Shown piece by piece: positions 56,130-63,845 of a stretch of DNA of 64,000 bases. Under the pieces are notes generated by a model, which was not told the origin of the DNA, did not search any database, and saw only the letters and a program-made list of their open reading frames with translations. The stretch is from the IMG/VR virus record IMGVR_UViG_3300009431_000003; one strand, written 5' to 3'. The stretch comes from a virus. Each line of letters begins with the position of its first letter. The stretch's first letter is position 1. Both the position numbers and the translations under genes were made by a program.

Positions 56130-56903
56130 ATGAAAGAGAATCAGTTACATGTCCTCCTTGCTGTTGAAGGAGACTTGCAGGGACAAGCAAAAAGAGTAAT
56201 AAAGGAAGCGTATGATACCTTTAAGTCCAAGCTGCATCTGTTCGATGGGCTGGATAAGGTTCTTCATATGTTTGATGAAAAGCGGCAACAAGAAGAATCT
56301 GCCGGCAGGCAACACAGTGACGTTGCCACAACAGTCGAGGATAAGTTAAGATATATCAAAGGAGCAGTCGGCAACTATTGGGACGCTGTCCTCCAAAAGG
56401 AAAACGCAAATCAGGATGCCCAGGCTGATTTGGTAATCGACGGAAAGACGATCGCCCCTGGGTTACCCGCCACATTCCTTCTTGGAATGGAAAGCAAGGT
56501 AAAAGCCTTGAGAGAAGTTTTCGAGGCTATTCCGACCAGGGATCCGAATATCTCTTGGATCGCCGCAGACGACATCGGTCCTGGTGTGTTCAAGTCTGTC
56601 GTGCCGATTGATAGAACCAAGACTGAGACTATCGTTGAGCCGGTTGTGTTGTATCACGCAACCAAGGACCACCCCGCACAGGTCAAAGAGGGATCAAAGG
56701 TAGTAACCATCGGCAAAACTTCCGAAACAAAGTATACCTCTCGCTGGACTCCTCTTCAGAAGAGCAATGCTTTGGCTCGGGTAGATAAATTAATCCGTTC
56801 TTTGAAGAAGGCGCGGCAAAAAGCCAACCAAACAGAGATTAAAGATGCTCATATAGCCAATGACATCTTTAAATACCTTCTGGAAGGCAAATTGCCGGGA
56901 TAA
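56130..56903 (+). CDS. conserved uncharacterised coiled-coil protein adjacent to a tRNA-like ncRNA
   Basis: AAGGAG RBS; LHVLLAVE, LPATFLLGME, VLYHATKDHPAQV, RVDKLIRSLKKARQKAN. Confidence 0.85.
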   Translation: MKENQLHVLLAVEGDLQGQAKRVIKEAYDTFKSKLHLFDGLDKVLHMFDEKRQQEESAGRQHSDVATTVEDKLRYIKGAVGNYWDAVLQKENANQDAQADLVIDGKTIAPGLPATFLLGMESKVKALREVFEAIPTRDPNISWIAADDIGPGVFKSVVPIDRTKTETIVEPVVLYHATKDHPAQVKEGSKVVTIGKTSETKYTSRWTPLQKSNALARVDKLIRSLKKARQKANQTEIKDAHIANDIFKYLLEGKLPG

Positions 56904-56912
56904 GAATACAAG

Positions 56913-57169
56913 GTAGGTGTAACCTTGTTGTTGGTGTCATAGAATACTGGGTACAGTCCGAGGCGGGAGCCCATGAAAGACGATGCCCTATATTCGGAAT
57001 TGATGTCTGCTGTTAAAGTTTTGCACCTACAGCTTCATCGCAACTCAATGTCAAGCGATGCACAATGCTCAAAATTACATCCTGGTCGGAGGTTCAAATC
57101 CTCCCTCGTTCTCCATTATGAACGAGTAGCTCAGCGGTAGAGCAAGGGTTTTCAAACTGAAGCAATGTG
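56913..57169 (+). ncRNA. structured RNA containing a circularly permuted tRNA module (T-arm > acceptor > D-arm; YrlA/Y-RNA-like)
   Basis: ATCCT(57079)-GGTC-GGAGG TTCAAAT CCTCC-CTCGTTC-T-CCA-TTAT-GAACGAG-TA-GCTC AGCGGTA GAGC-A-AGGGT-TT TCA AA; outer helix 57061-71/57158-69; upstream helix 56913-22/57021-30. Confidence 0.75.
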
Positions 57170-57198
57170 GTTTATGCAGAGACAGAAGAGGCAACCCC

Positions 57199-57276
57199 GA
57201 TTTTATGGCTCAATTGGATAGAGCTGCGGACTATAAAATCCGTGAGTTACGGGTTCAACTCCCGTTAAGATCACCA
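57199..57276 (+). tRNA. tRNA with non-canonical 8-nt anticodon loop (CTATAAAA); identity unassigned
   Basis: acceptor GATTTTA/TAAGATC-ACCA; D GCTC/GAGC; AC stem GCGGA/TCCGT; T ACGGG-TTCAACT-CCCGT. Confidence 0.75.
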
Positions 57277-57313
57277 GGGGGCCAGGTGAGGATACATCCT
57301 GGCCCCCACTTTT
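57277..57313 (+). terminator. intrinsic terminator
   Basis: GGGGGCCAGG / CCTGGCCCCC perfect 10 bp then ACTTTT. Confidence 0.75.
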
Positions 57314-57332
57314 AGGCTTACAAGGAGTACTT

Positions 57333-57590
57333 TTGAATAAACCAGTATTGAAGATGCTGGCATTGATTGTTATGCTTGATACGTACGAGTTAATATACGA
57401 TCACTTGCCGGAAAATAAACGAAACCTAACGACAGAAGAAGGAATGCAGATCGACAAAGAAAGTATGCCTTCAGTTAATTATCTACGAGATAAAGGGCTT
57501 ATCAAAACTAAACACATTAAAAATAATAACTATATCTGTACAATAACCCCTAAAGGCTGGAAAGCCTTTGGGAGGGAAATGGCAAAATGA
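57333..57590 (+). CDS. hypothetical protein, possible winged HTH
   Basis: AAGGAG RBS; YLRDKGLIK...CTITPKGW. Confidence 0.6.
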   Translation: MNKPVLKMLALIVMLDTYELIYDHLPENKRNLTTEEGMQIDKESMPSVNYLRDKGLIKTKHIKNNNYICTITPKGWKAFGREMAK

Positions 57591-57863
57591 AAATTTTACG
57601 GCAGCTTTTAAAAGTCCTTTGCCAGGGAAGGTCATTGGGTCCATGCTGAGAAGCGGCGCATAACAGAGTAGGTTTTCCAATGAATTTTTAAAGATAAGAA
57701 GGGAGGGGATGGAGGTCCAGGCGCCCTAGAAAAATCCTTCCGTAAACCTACGGTCCTATGGTGGAAATGGAGCTATACCCATAGGAAGCGTAAAAGGGAG
57801 TGACGACTCTCCGATATTTTTAAGTTAGGCGACGCAGGTAGCCTTGGCTCCAGACCTGCTTAT

Positions 57864-57939
57864 GGGGGATTAGCTCAGTTGGAAGAGCGTGGCGCTTGCA
57901 TCGCCGAGGTCATCGGTTCGATCCCGATATCTTCCACCA
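57864..57939 (+). tRNA. trnA: tRNA-Ala(UGC)
   Basis: GGGGGAT/ATCTTCC-ACCA with G3.U70; anticodon loop CT TGC AT; T-loop TTCGATC. Confidence 0.95.
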
Positions 57940-57961
57940 ACAAAGAAGAGACGGAATGTTA

Positions 57962-57971
57962 CATAAGAGTA
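57962..57971 (+). promoter_or_regulatory. CATAAGAGTA motif
   Basis: exact copy after tRNA-Ala, upstream of 58030. Confidence 0.5.
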
Positions 57972-58029
57972 CTGGTAGGCAATTTATTTTATAAGTTGTC
58001 TTTTTTTTTATTACACAACGGAGGATGAT

Positions 58030-58215
58030 ATGGACAAAGAAAAAATGAGGGACATTGTGTACATGACTACGCTAGTAACTGGTGTAGTCACTATAATTGG
58101 AGGACTGGCACTGAAAGCTTTGGAAGGAGATAATGAAAAAATCATTAAATCGGCAATGGATACCGTTCTTAATCTCGGAAAGGAGATTATCACTCAAGAC
58201 GATACTCTTGATTAG
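58030..58215 (+). CDS. small membrane protein
   Basis: GGAGG RBS, one TM helix. Confidence 0.65.
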   Translation: MDKEKMRDIVYMTTLVTGVVTIIGGLALKALEGDNEKIIKSAMDTVLNLGKEIITQDDTLD

Positions 58216-58234
58216 AAACTAAAAGGGGGCGATT

Positions 58235-58786
58235 GTGGTTACTATCAAAGTTTATTCTGGAAGAAATTTCAGAATCATTGCACTGCTGCTCGACATAGCA
58301 ACAGACGAGGAGTACCCACACATACTTCCAAAATTAGGCGAGCGCCTTAAAAAAGATATAGGAAAAAGGGGATTTATTCTTAGCCCTGAAGATATTGTCT
58401 TCGCTGTACATAACACAGGACAAAGGCAACTCAGTGATGGGCGAGTGTACCAAATCCGGTATCTTTGGGTTGCCCGGGAAGGTTCTTTAACAGCAACTGA
58501 TTGGGATGAGTTGGTATATGATCAGTTTATTGTAAAAAATACTACCATCTCTCCTTTTGCCAAGCTAGAGATGGCCAGAGAACTTCCTACATTACAAAGA
58601 ACAAGAGAGGACCTATTAACTCTTGTGGTTAAACGCCAGGAACATTTATGGTATTTAGTAGGAAAGAAGGGCTGGAGGATCGAACGATTAAATCAGGTAT
58701 CCAGTATACGTTTACGGGTGGATATGTTACAGCCTCCAGCTGTTAAAGTTCGTAGAGGCCCGCCTAAAATGGCTGAGGACAAGTGA
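58235..58786 (+). CDS. hypothetical protein
   Basis: AAGGGGG RBS, GTG start. Confidence 0.65.
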   Translation: MVTIKVYSGRNFRIIALLLDIATDEEYPHILPKLGERLKKDIGKRGFILSPEDIVFAVHNTGQRQLSDGRVYQIRYLWVAREGSLTATDWDELVYDQFIVKNTTISPFAKLEMARELPTLQRTREDLLTLVVKRQEHLWYLVGKKGWRIERLNQVSSIRLRVDMLQPPAVKVRRGPPKMAEDK

Positions 58787-58793
58787 AACTAGG

Positions 58794-58822
58794 AGAGAGG
58801 GGATAAAACCCCTCTCTTTTTT
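58794..58822. terminator. terminator between convergent genes
   Basis: AGAGAGGGG-ATAAAA-CCCCTCTCT-TTTTT. Confidence 0.75.
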
Positions 58823-58824
58823 AT

Positions 58825-59712
58825 CTAATAATCAAAGTAGTCCACAATATATCGGCCACCGTTCCATTGAGAAGGTAAAGGGTTACCGGTGCCCCATGTT
58901 TGTGTTCCTTTTTCTCCGTCACGCAAACCAAGATGTTTTACAGCCCAAAGGCCCACATCCTGCCATAATCGAGAACCGGGATCAGCAACTCTATTTTTGC
59001 TGCTCTGTCTATGAGCAAAAATAGAGTGAACGGGAGCTTTTTGTGTTTCTTTGATTTTGTCACAAGCCCATGGAAGAAATTGTCTCAGGGCCTTAATTTG
59101 AGCAGATGAAGCTACATGAGGGCCTCCCCCAGATGACCAATGAGTTCTAAGGTCGCCCTCAATCCCGCACATATTTCCGGAAACCTCGATTCCTACAGTG
59201 TGGTGTGATAATCCCTGGGCATGCCAAATAAAATCGAAGAAATCATTCAAGAGATATATCTCACCTTCGCGAGTAACGCCAACATGGGCGTTTACCGTCC
59301 TCCAGCGACGGTAACCACTTTTAATTAAGCAACCGGTTTGGTGGAGAGTAAATCCATCAATACTCATCGGAGACCTGCCCGGACGGTAATTCTTTGGATG
59401 GTCAAGCCCTCGAAAATCATGAATCACAAACTTTTCCGCACTGAGAGGTTCGACTATTTCGGTTTTGACATTGCCAGAGTACTCCAGGCCCTCAATGGCG
59501 CCTTCAATAGTTTGTAGAGTAATGTCTCCCACAACACCATCATCCTGGAGTCCGTGATCCCTCTGAAACGCTCTGACAGCCTCAAAGGTATCATTTCCGT
59601 ACCAGCCATCCGCCTCAAACCCTCCGAGAGAGTACCCAAGAACCAGAAGCCATTCCTGTATCCTTTTTACCGCAGGGCCGTGCATTATAGGTGAGACTAA
59701 TTTTAGTAACAT
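58825..59712 (-). CDS. endolysin: PG-binding domain + N-acetylmuramoyl-L-alanine amidase (Amidase_2)
   Basis: ADGWYGNDTFEAVRAFQRDHGLQDDGVVG; TLHQT, WHAQG..VGIEV, AHRQ...DPG. Confidence 0.9.
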   Translation of the reverse strand: MLLKLVSPIMHGPAVKRIQEWLLVLGYSLGGFEADGWYGNDTFEAVRAFQRDHGLQDDGVVGDITLQTIEGAIEGLEYSGNVKTEIVEPLSAEKFVIHDFRGLDHPKNYRPGRSPMSIDGFTLHQTGCLIKSGYRRWRTVNAHVGVTREGEIYLLNDFFDFIWHAQGLSHHTVGIEVSGNMCGIEGDLRTHWSSGGGPHVASSAQIKALRQFLPWACDKIKETQKAPVHSIFAHRQSSKNRVADPGSRLWQDVGLWAVKHLGLRDGEKGTQTWGTGNPLPSQWNGGRYIVDYFDY

Positions 59713-59722
59713 AGTGCTCTCC

Positions 59723-59938
59723 TTATATATTTGTATTTTTACGTTGTTGTTTGTTTCTATTAAGTGTGGCGGGAGTCGGAATTTTTACCTTGGGGAGCCC
59801 GGCAAATCTCTTGCCTGTAGAAAAGGCCAGAGAGACTTGGGGCATTCCAGGAGTAGGTACTTGCGGCGCCATAGGCCCGGAAGTAGCTGCCATCTTTCTT
59901 AGTTCATCAGCGAAAGCTATAAGCTCAAGACTTTTCAT
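59723..59938 (-). CDS. small putative virion protein
   Basis: AFADELRKMAA motif. Confidence 0.65.
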   Translation of the reverse strand: MKSLELIAFADELRKMAATSGPMAPQVPTPGMPQVSLAFSTGKRFAGLPKVKIPTPATLNRNKQQRKNTNI

Positions 59939-59947
59939 GAAACAGCC

Positions 59948-60469
59948 CTATAGAGCAAAATTAGACAAACGACGCCTCTGATTTATGTCTTCGATCTTTT
60001 TTGAAAATTTAATGAGTCCTATTACTTTATGAGTTACCACATCAAAGAGGGGAAGAGCGGTTATAGCCCTTGGTCCGGCCAGGTGAGGGTATGTTCCAAA
60101 GAAAACACTGTTGCCTGCCTCCAAAGCTTTTACGACCGGGCATCCTTCACAAGGACTTGTTCTTCCATATACCTTATAACATTTAGTACCTACAAAGGTT
60201 TTGTAGGTAATTTTTTCGGGATCTATTCCTTGAATTTTGGCGACGATATCTCGGTCCCAATTAATTACCGCCTTATTGATATACACAATTCGCATGTTGA
60301 CATCGAGAATGATAGCTCCTGTGCCATCATTTATCAATCCCGCATTAAGGAGAATTTGTCCATCCTCAAGCCTAATTTCAGGAAGCTCAAGACTCTCCGC
60401 TTTTTTTACGCAACGAGATATCCCCTCACTATTCTCCCGAAATCGTTGGTCGAGATCTGTGTCCTGCAT
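59948..60469 (-). CDS. stand-alone PAS-domain protein
   Basis: GAIILDVNMRIVYINKA...GTKCYKVYGRTSPCEGCPVVKAL...ITALPL. Confidence 0.85.
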   Translation of the reverse strand: MQDTDLDQRFRENSEGISRCVKKAESLELPEIRLEDGQILLNAGLINDGTGAIILDVNMRIVYINKAVINWDRDIVAKIQGIDPEKITYKTFVGTKCYKVYGRTSPCEGCPVVKALEAGNSVFFGTYPHLAGPRAITALPLFDVVTHKVIGLIKFSKKIEDINQRRRLSNFAL

Positions 60470-60480
60470 CTTGTTATCTC

Positions 60481-60705
60481 CTACGGAAAAAGTAACTTAA
60501 GAGCCACAGCCGTTACTGTTGCAGTAACTATTCCTACGCCGGCAGCAACACCATATATTTTAATCTTCATATTTATAATTTCTGAATGCAGCATACTATA
60601 TTTTGTAAAGAGAATCTTATTATTCTCGTCCAGACGACTTACAGCTTCTTCTATGCATCCCTTAAACTCTCTAAACTCTCCATATTGTTCGATTCTATCG
60701 GGCAC
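60481..60705 (-). CDS. small coiled-coil + C-terminal TM protein (holin-like)
   Basis: architecture and position upstream of the endolysin. Confidence 0.55.
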   Translation of the reverse strand: MPDRIEQYGEFREFKGCIEEAVSRLDENNKILFTKYSMLHSEIINMKIKIYGVAAGVGIVTATVTAVALKLLFP

Positions 60706-61052
60706 GTCAATTCCCCCAGTCGTAGTTTCCGCTTCCGCATTGACTCTAGGATGTGTTCATCACCCAAACCCGATAAACGGAACATTCGAATGGCTTCTTT
60801 GTCCGTCATCTGGTTAGTTATTTCTTCTGAAAGAGTAAATTGATCAGGAGGAACAACAAAAAGCTCTCCATTAACAATAGAGATACACACGTTTCCGTCC
60901 TGAGCTAATCGATACAGAGCAAAGGTTGGGATAGCTATCAATGCATCAGGGTCCGCGGATTGAAGCATCTTCTCTGTGATAATTACCTCGGCTGTCTTAC
61001 CGTCCTTGCGTATAATATTATGCTTGCGACCATACCCTGGAGGCCTATTCAT
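60651..61052 (-). CDS. hypothetical protein
   Basis: GAAAGGGA RBS. Confidence 0.6.
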   Translation of the reverse strand: MNRPPGYGRKHNIIRKDGKTAEVIITEKMLQSADPDALIAIPTFALYRLAQDGNVCISIVNGELFVVPPDQFTLSEEITNQMTDKEAIRMFRLSGLGDEHILESMRKRKLRLGELTCPIESNNMESLESLRDA

Positions 61053-61131
61053 TGTACTTCCCTTTCTCTGTTATCAAAAGCTTACCAAAGTAATTAACTA
61101 GATTCAATCATTTTTCCATAAGGAACCTAGA

Positions 61132-61872
61132 ATGTTCAATATACCTGGATTTGAGTTTAAATGTGGGCCTGATATAATTTATATCTACGGCCCGCCAAGT
61201 ACAGGAAAAACAGCTTTGTGTTCTCATATTGTAGGGCCGAATATTGCTGTTTACAATCCGGACAGCACTTTAATTGAAAGGCTAAATGGTGCAGAAATAT
61301 CCTTTGATGTCCTGCAGGCTGAGAGTGCTCATTACTTGTTTGAAAGTTTATATGAGCTTTGTGAGGAGTATGATGACATTGTTATCGACAGCCTATTAGG
61401 AATCAGAACAAGAAGCGGCTTTGGCGATCGGACTGAAATCTATCACATTCTACACAGTAGAATTGGTATGCTGAGAAGTGCATTAATGGAGCGGGGAAAG
61501 TCTCGACTGTTTATAATCGATGGAACCAATCAGAAAAAGACTATAAAAGAAATGAACTCTCCGTTCTATCGAATAGGCTACACAAAGAGTGATTTTATGA
61601 TAACAACTAAAAGGAGGGACCACTTAGGAAAAGTATACTCGACAATAAAATTTGAAAGGAGTAGATTATTCCCCCCAGGCGGAGGAATTGAGTTGCTCCT
61701 TGGGCCGGATGGCAGAATAGACACTGCCCATGCCTTGTTGAAACAATTAATACACCATAACCAGATACAGGTCCACGGCACCTGGTACCATCTCCCTGAC
61801 GGAGTAACAGTTCAAGGGGTGGATGAAGCACTGGCCGCGGTTAGAAAAAAGGAGCACGAATGGAAGATATAA
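61132..61872 (+). CDS. RecA-like ATPase (short, lacks N-terminal domain)
   Basis: Walker A GPPSTGKT, Walker B IVIDS, RecA-like C-terminus I..HGTWY....VQG. Confidence 0.75.
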   Translation: MFNIPGFEFKCGPDIIYIYGPPSTGKTALCSHIVGPNIAVYNPDSTLIERLNGAEISFDVLQAESAHYLFESLYELCEEYDDIVIDSLLGIRTRSGFGDRTEIYHILHSRIGMLRSALMERGKSRLFIIDGTNQKKTIKEMNSPFYRIGYTKSDFMITTKRRDHLGKVYSTIKFERSRLFPPGGGIELLLGPDGRIDTAHALLKQLIHHNQIQVHGTWYHLPDGVTVQGVDEALAAVRKKEHEWKI

Positions 61873-63845
61873 AAAGGTTCTTTGCGGACGGGGGATATTT
61901 AAGTGAGGTAATTGATAATTACCAGATGCGTCCGGGACAGGTTAAATTGGCCGAATGGATCGACCAGGCTATCCGGGATAAACAGCATTTTTTAGGAGAA
62001 GGGCCTTGCGGTGTGGGTAAAAGTATGGCTTATCTGGTGCCTGCGGTCTTTGCAGCAAAACGCGACAAGGCACGCACCGCCATAGCTACAGCCAATATCG
62101 GCTTACAGCATCAAATAATGGAAAAGGACTTGCCTATGTTGCAAGAAGCCATTCCTTTTGACTTCTCCTTTACCCTTTTGAAGGGGCGTGCAAATTATTT
62201 CTGTCTGCGATTAGCGGCAAGGAATAAAAAGAAGGGCCTTTCTGCCAATGTTTCCCAAGACCAACAAATCCAAGCAAGAGAGTTAGCTAAATGGGGAACA
62301 GATGAAACAACCACCGGAGATAAGGAAAAAGTACCTTTCCAGGTAGATTCTTTTATTTGGAGCCTCTTTTCATCTTCTGCGGAAGAGTGTGACGGGACCT
62401 CCTGTGATTACCGTCATGATTGTTTTTGTCAGCAGGCAATTGACCGCGCTCAGACCAGTGATATTATTATATTGAATTATCATCTCTTATTTGCCGACCT
62501 TAGTCTTCGCCTGCTTGGTATCGAGGATCCCATTATTCCTCACTGTGATATCATTATTGGAGATGAGGCACATAAATCTCCGGAAATTGCCAGGAACTTT
62601 TTTGGTTTTGACCTGACTCGCCGAACATTTGCCATAGTTGCAGGATACATAAGAGATTACGGGAACAAAAGCGCGAAATCAGAGCGGCTCTTTAAGGAAA
62701 CAAATACCCTTTCCTCCCGATACTTCGCACTGCTACGAAGCTTTTATAAGTCTTCAGACTACAAAATAAAACTTCGGGAGCCTTTAGGAAATACTTCTTT
62801 AGGGCAGCCAACCAAAGACCTCTGGAAACACCTCGATTCCGTTTGTCAGTTTATTAAGGAAGTTGATGTATCTGTATTTTCCGACGAAAAGGAAGAGGGC
62901 AAAGCAAAGAAAAAGCGAAGAAGGCGCCTTCTTCATGTAAGTAATTTAATGAATCGACTGGCGCATTTCTACTCTCCTGATGACGAAAACATGATTAATT
63001 GGATTGAGCTCTATGGTAAATCCTGGGTAAAATTGGTTGCCCGACCCTTTGATATTAGGAAATATATAAAAGGACCTCTATTTGCCGACCATAAAAGCGT
63101 GATTTTTGTCTCTGCAACTTTAACGAGTCAAGGAAATTTTGACTTTATTACTGATGCTCTTGGGATCGCGGAGGACACAAGACTTGGTGTAGGAATAATT
63201 GATAGTCCTTTCAATCATGAGAGGCAGGCAATTCTGGTAATTCCTCAAGAGGCCATGGATCCCAGAAAAGTCGGCTTCCCGGCCTTCTCGAAATACGTTA
63301 CTAATCAGGTGGATTATTTAGCTAAATTATTCTCTGGAAATATCCTGTGCCTGTTTACTTCTTATCGCATGATAAATGCCGTGCATAAAGCATTGCAGGA
63401 TACTTTACCAGAAGACATTACATTATTGCGTCAAGGGGATGCTCCTCGACACAAACTTATTGAACAATTTAAGGAGGGAAATACGGTTCTTATTGGTACA
63501 GAATCCTTTTGGCAAGGTGTAGATGTTCCAGGCAAAGCTTTATCCTGCGTAGTAATTGATAAAATGCCTTTCGAAACTCCGGATGATCCCATCCAAGCAA
63601 CGGGACAGGAAAAATATCGGGACTGGTTTATGCGCAGCATGGTGCCAAAAGCAACAATTTTGTTACGACAAGGTACAGGGCGATTAATTCGTACTGTAAA
63701 AGATCGAGGGGCCATTGTAATATTCGACAACAGAATACTTACAAAAAACTGGGGAGTTAAATTGCTGACCAGCTTAGAAAAGATGACAACTTCGTCAAAA
63801 ATAGAAGACACAATTACATTTACCGAAGGAGGCACAGATGTCTGA
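61860..63845 (+). CDS. dinG: DinG/YoaA-family Fe-S helicase
   Basis: RPGQ, GPCGVGKS, KGRANYFC, DEAH, SATL, SPF, LFTSY, SFWQGVDVPG, RQGTGRLIR. Confidence 0.95.
   Translation: MEDIKRFFADGGYLSEVIDNYQMRPGQVKLAEWIDQAIRDKQHFLGEGPCGVGKSMAYLVPAVFAAKRDKARTAIATANIGLQHQIMEKDLPMLQEAIPFDFSFTLLKGRANYFCLRLAARNKKKGLSANVSQDQQIQARELAKWGTDETTTGDKEKVPFQVDSFIWSLFSSSAEECDGTSCDYRHDCFCQQAIDRAQTSDIIILNYHLLFADLSLRLLGIEDPIIPHCDIIIGDEAHKSPEIARNFFGFDLTRRTFAIVAGYIRDYGNKSAKSERLFKETNTLSSRYFALLRSFYKSSDYKIKLREPLGNTSLGQPTKDLWKHLDSVCQFIKEVDVSVFSDEKEEGKAKKKRRRRLLHVSNLMNRLAHFYSPDDENMINWIELYGKSWVKLVARPFDIRKYIKGPLFADHKSVIFVSATLTSQGNFDFITDALGIAEDTRLGVGIIDSPFNHERQAILVIPQEAMDPRKVGFPAFSKYVTNQVDYLAKLFSGNILCLFTSYRMINAVHKALQDTLPEDITLLRQGDAPRHKLIEQFKEGNTVLIGTESFWQGVDVPGKALSCVVIDKMPFETPDDPIQATGQEKYRDWFMRSMVPKATILLRQGTGRLIRTVKDRGAIVIFDNRILTKNWGVKLLTSLEKMTTSSKIEDTITFTEGGTDV

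Noticed and set aside
57150-57156. Stop-codon reassignment (UGA) suggested by the UCA loop
   Set aside because: Long genes are intact in code 11 and many end in TGA with ATGA/TGATG coupling, so there is no sign of genome-wide recoding here.
57061-57169. Canonical bulge-helix-bulge splice motif at the permuted tRNA junction
   Set aside because: The required 4-bp central helix pairs at only 2 of 4 positions, so archaeal-type splicing is not supported as drawn.
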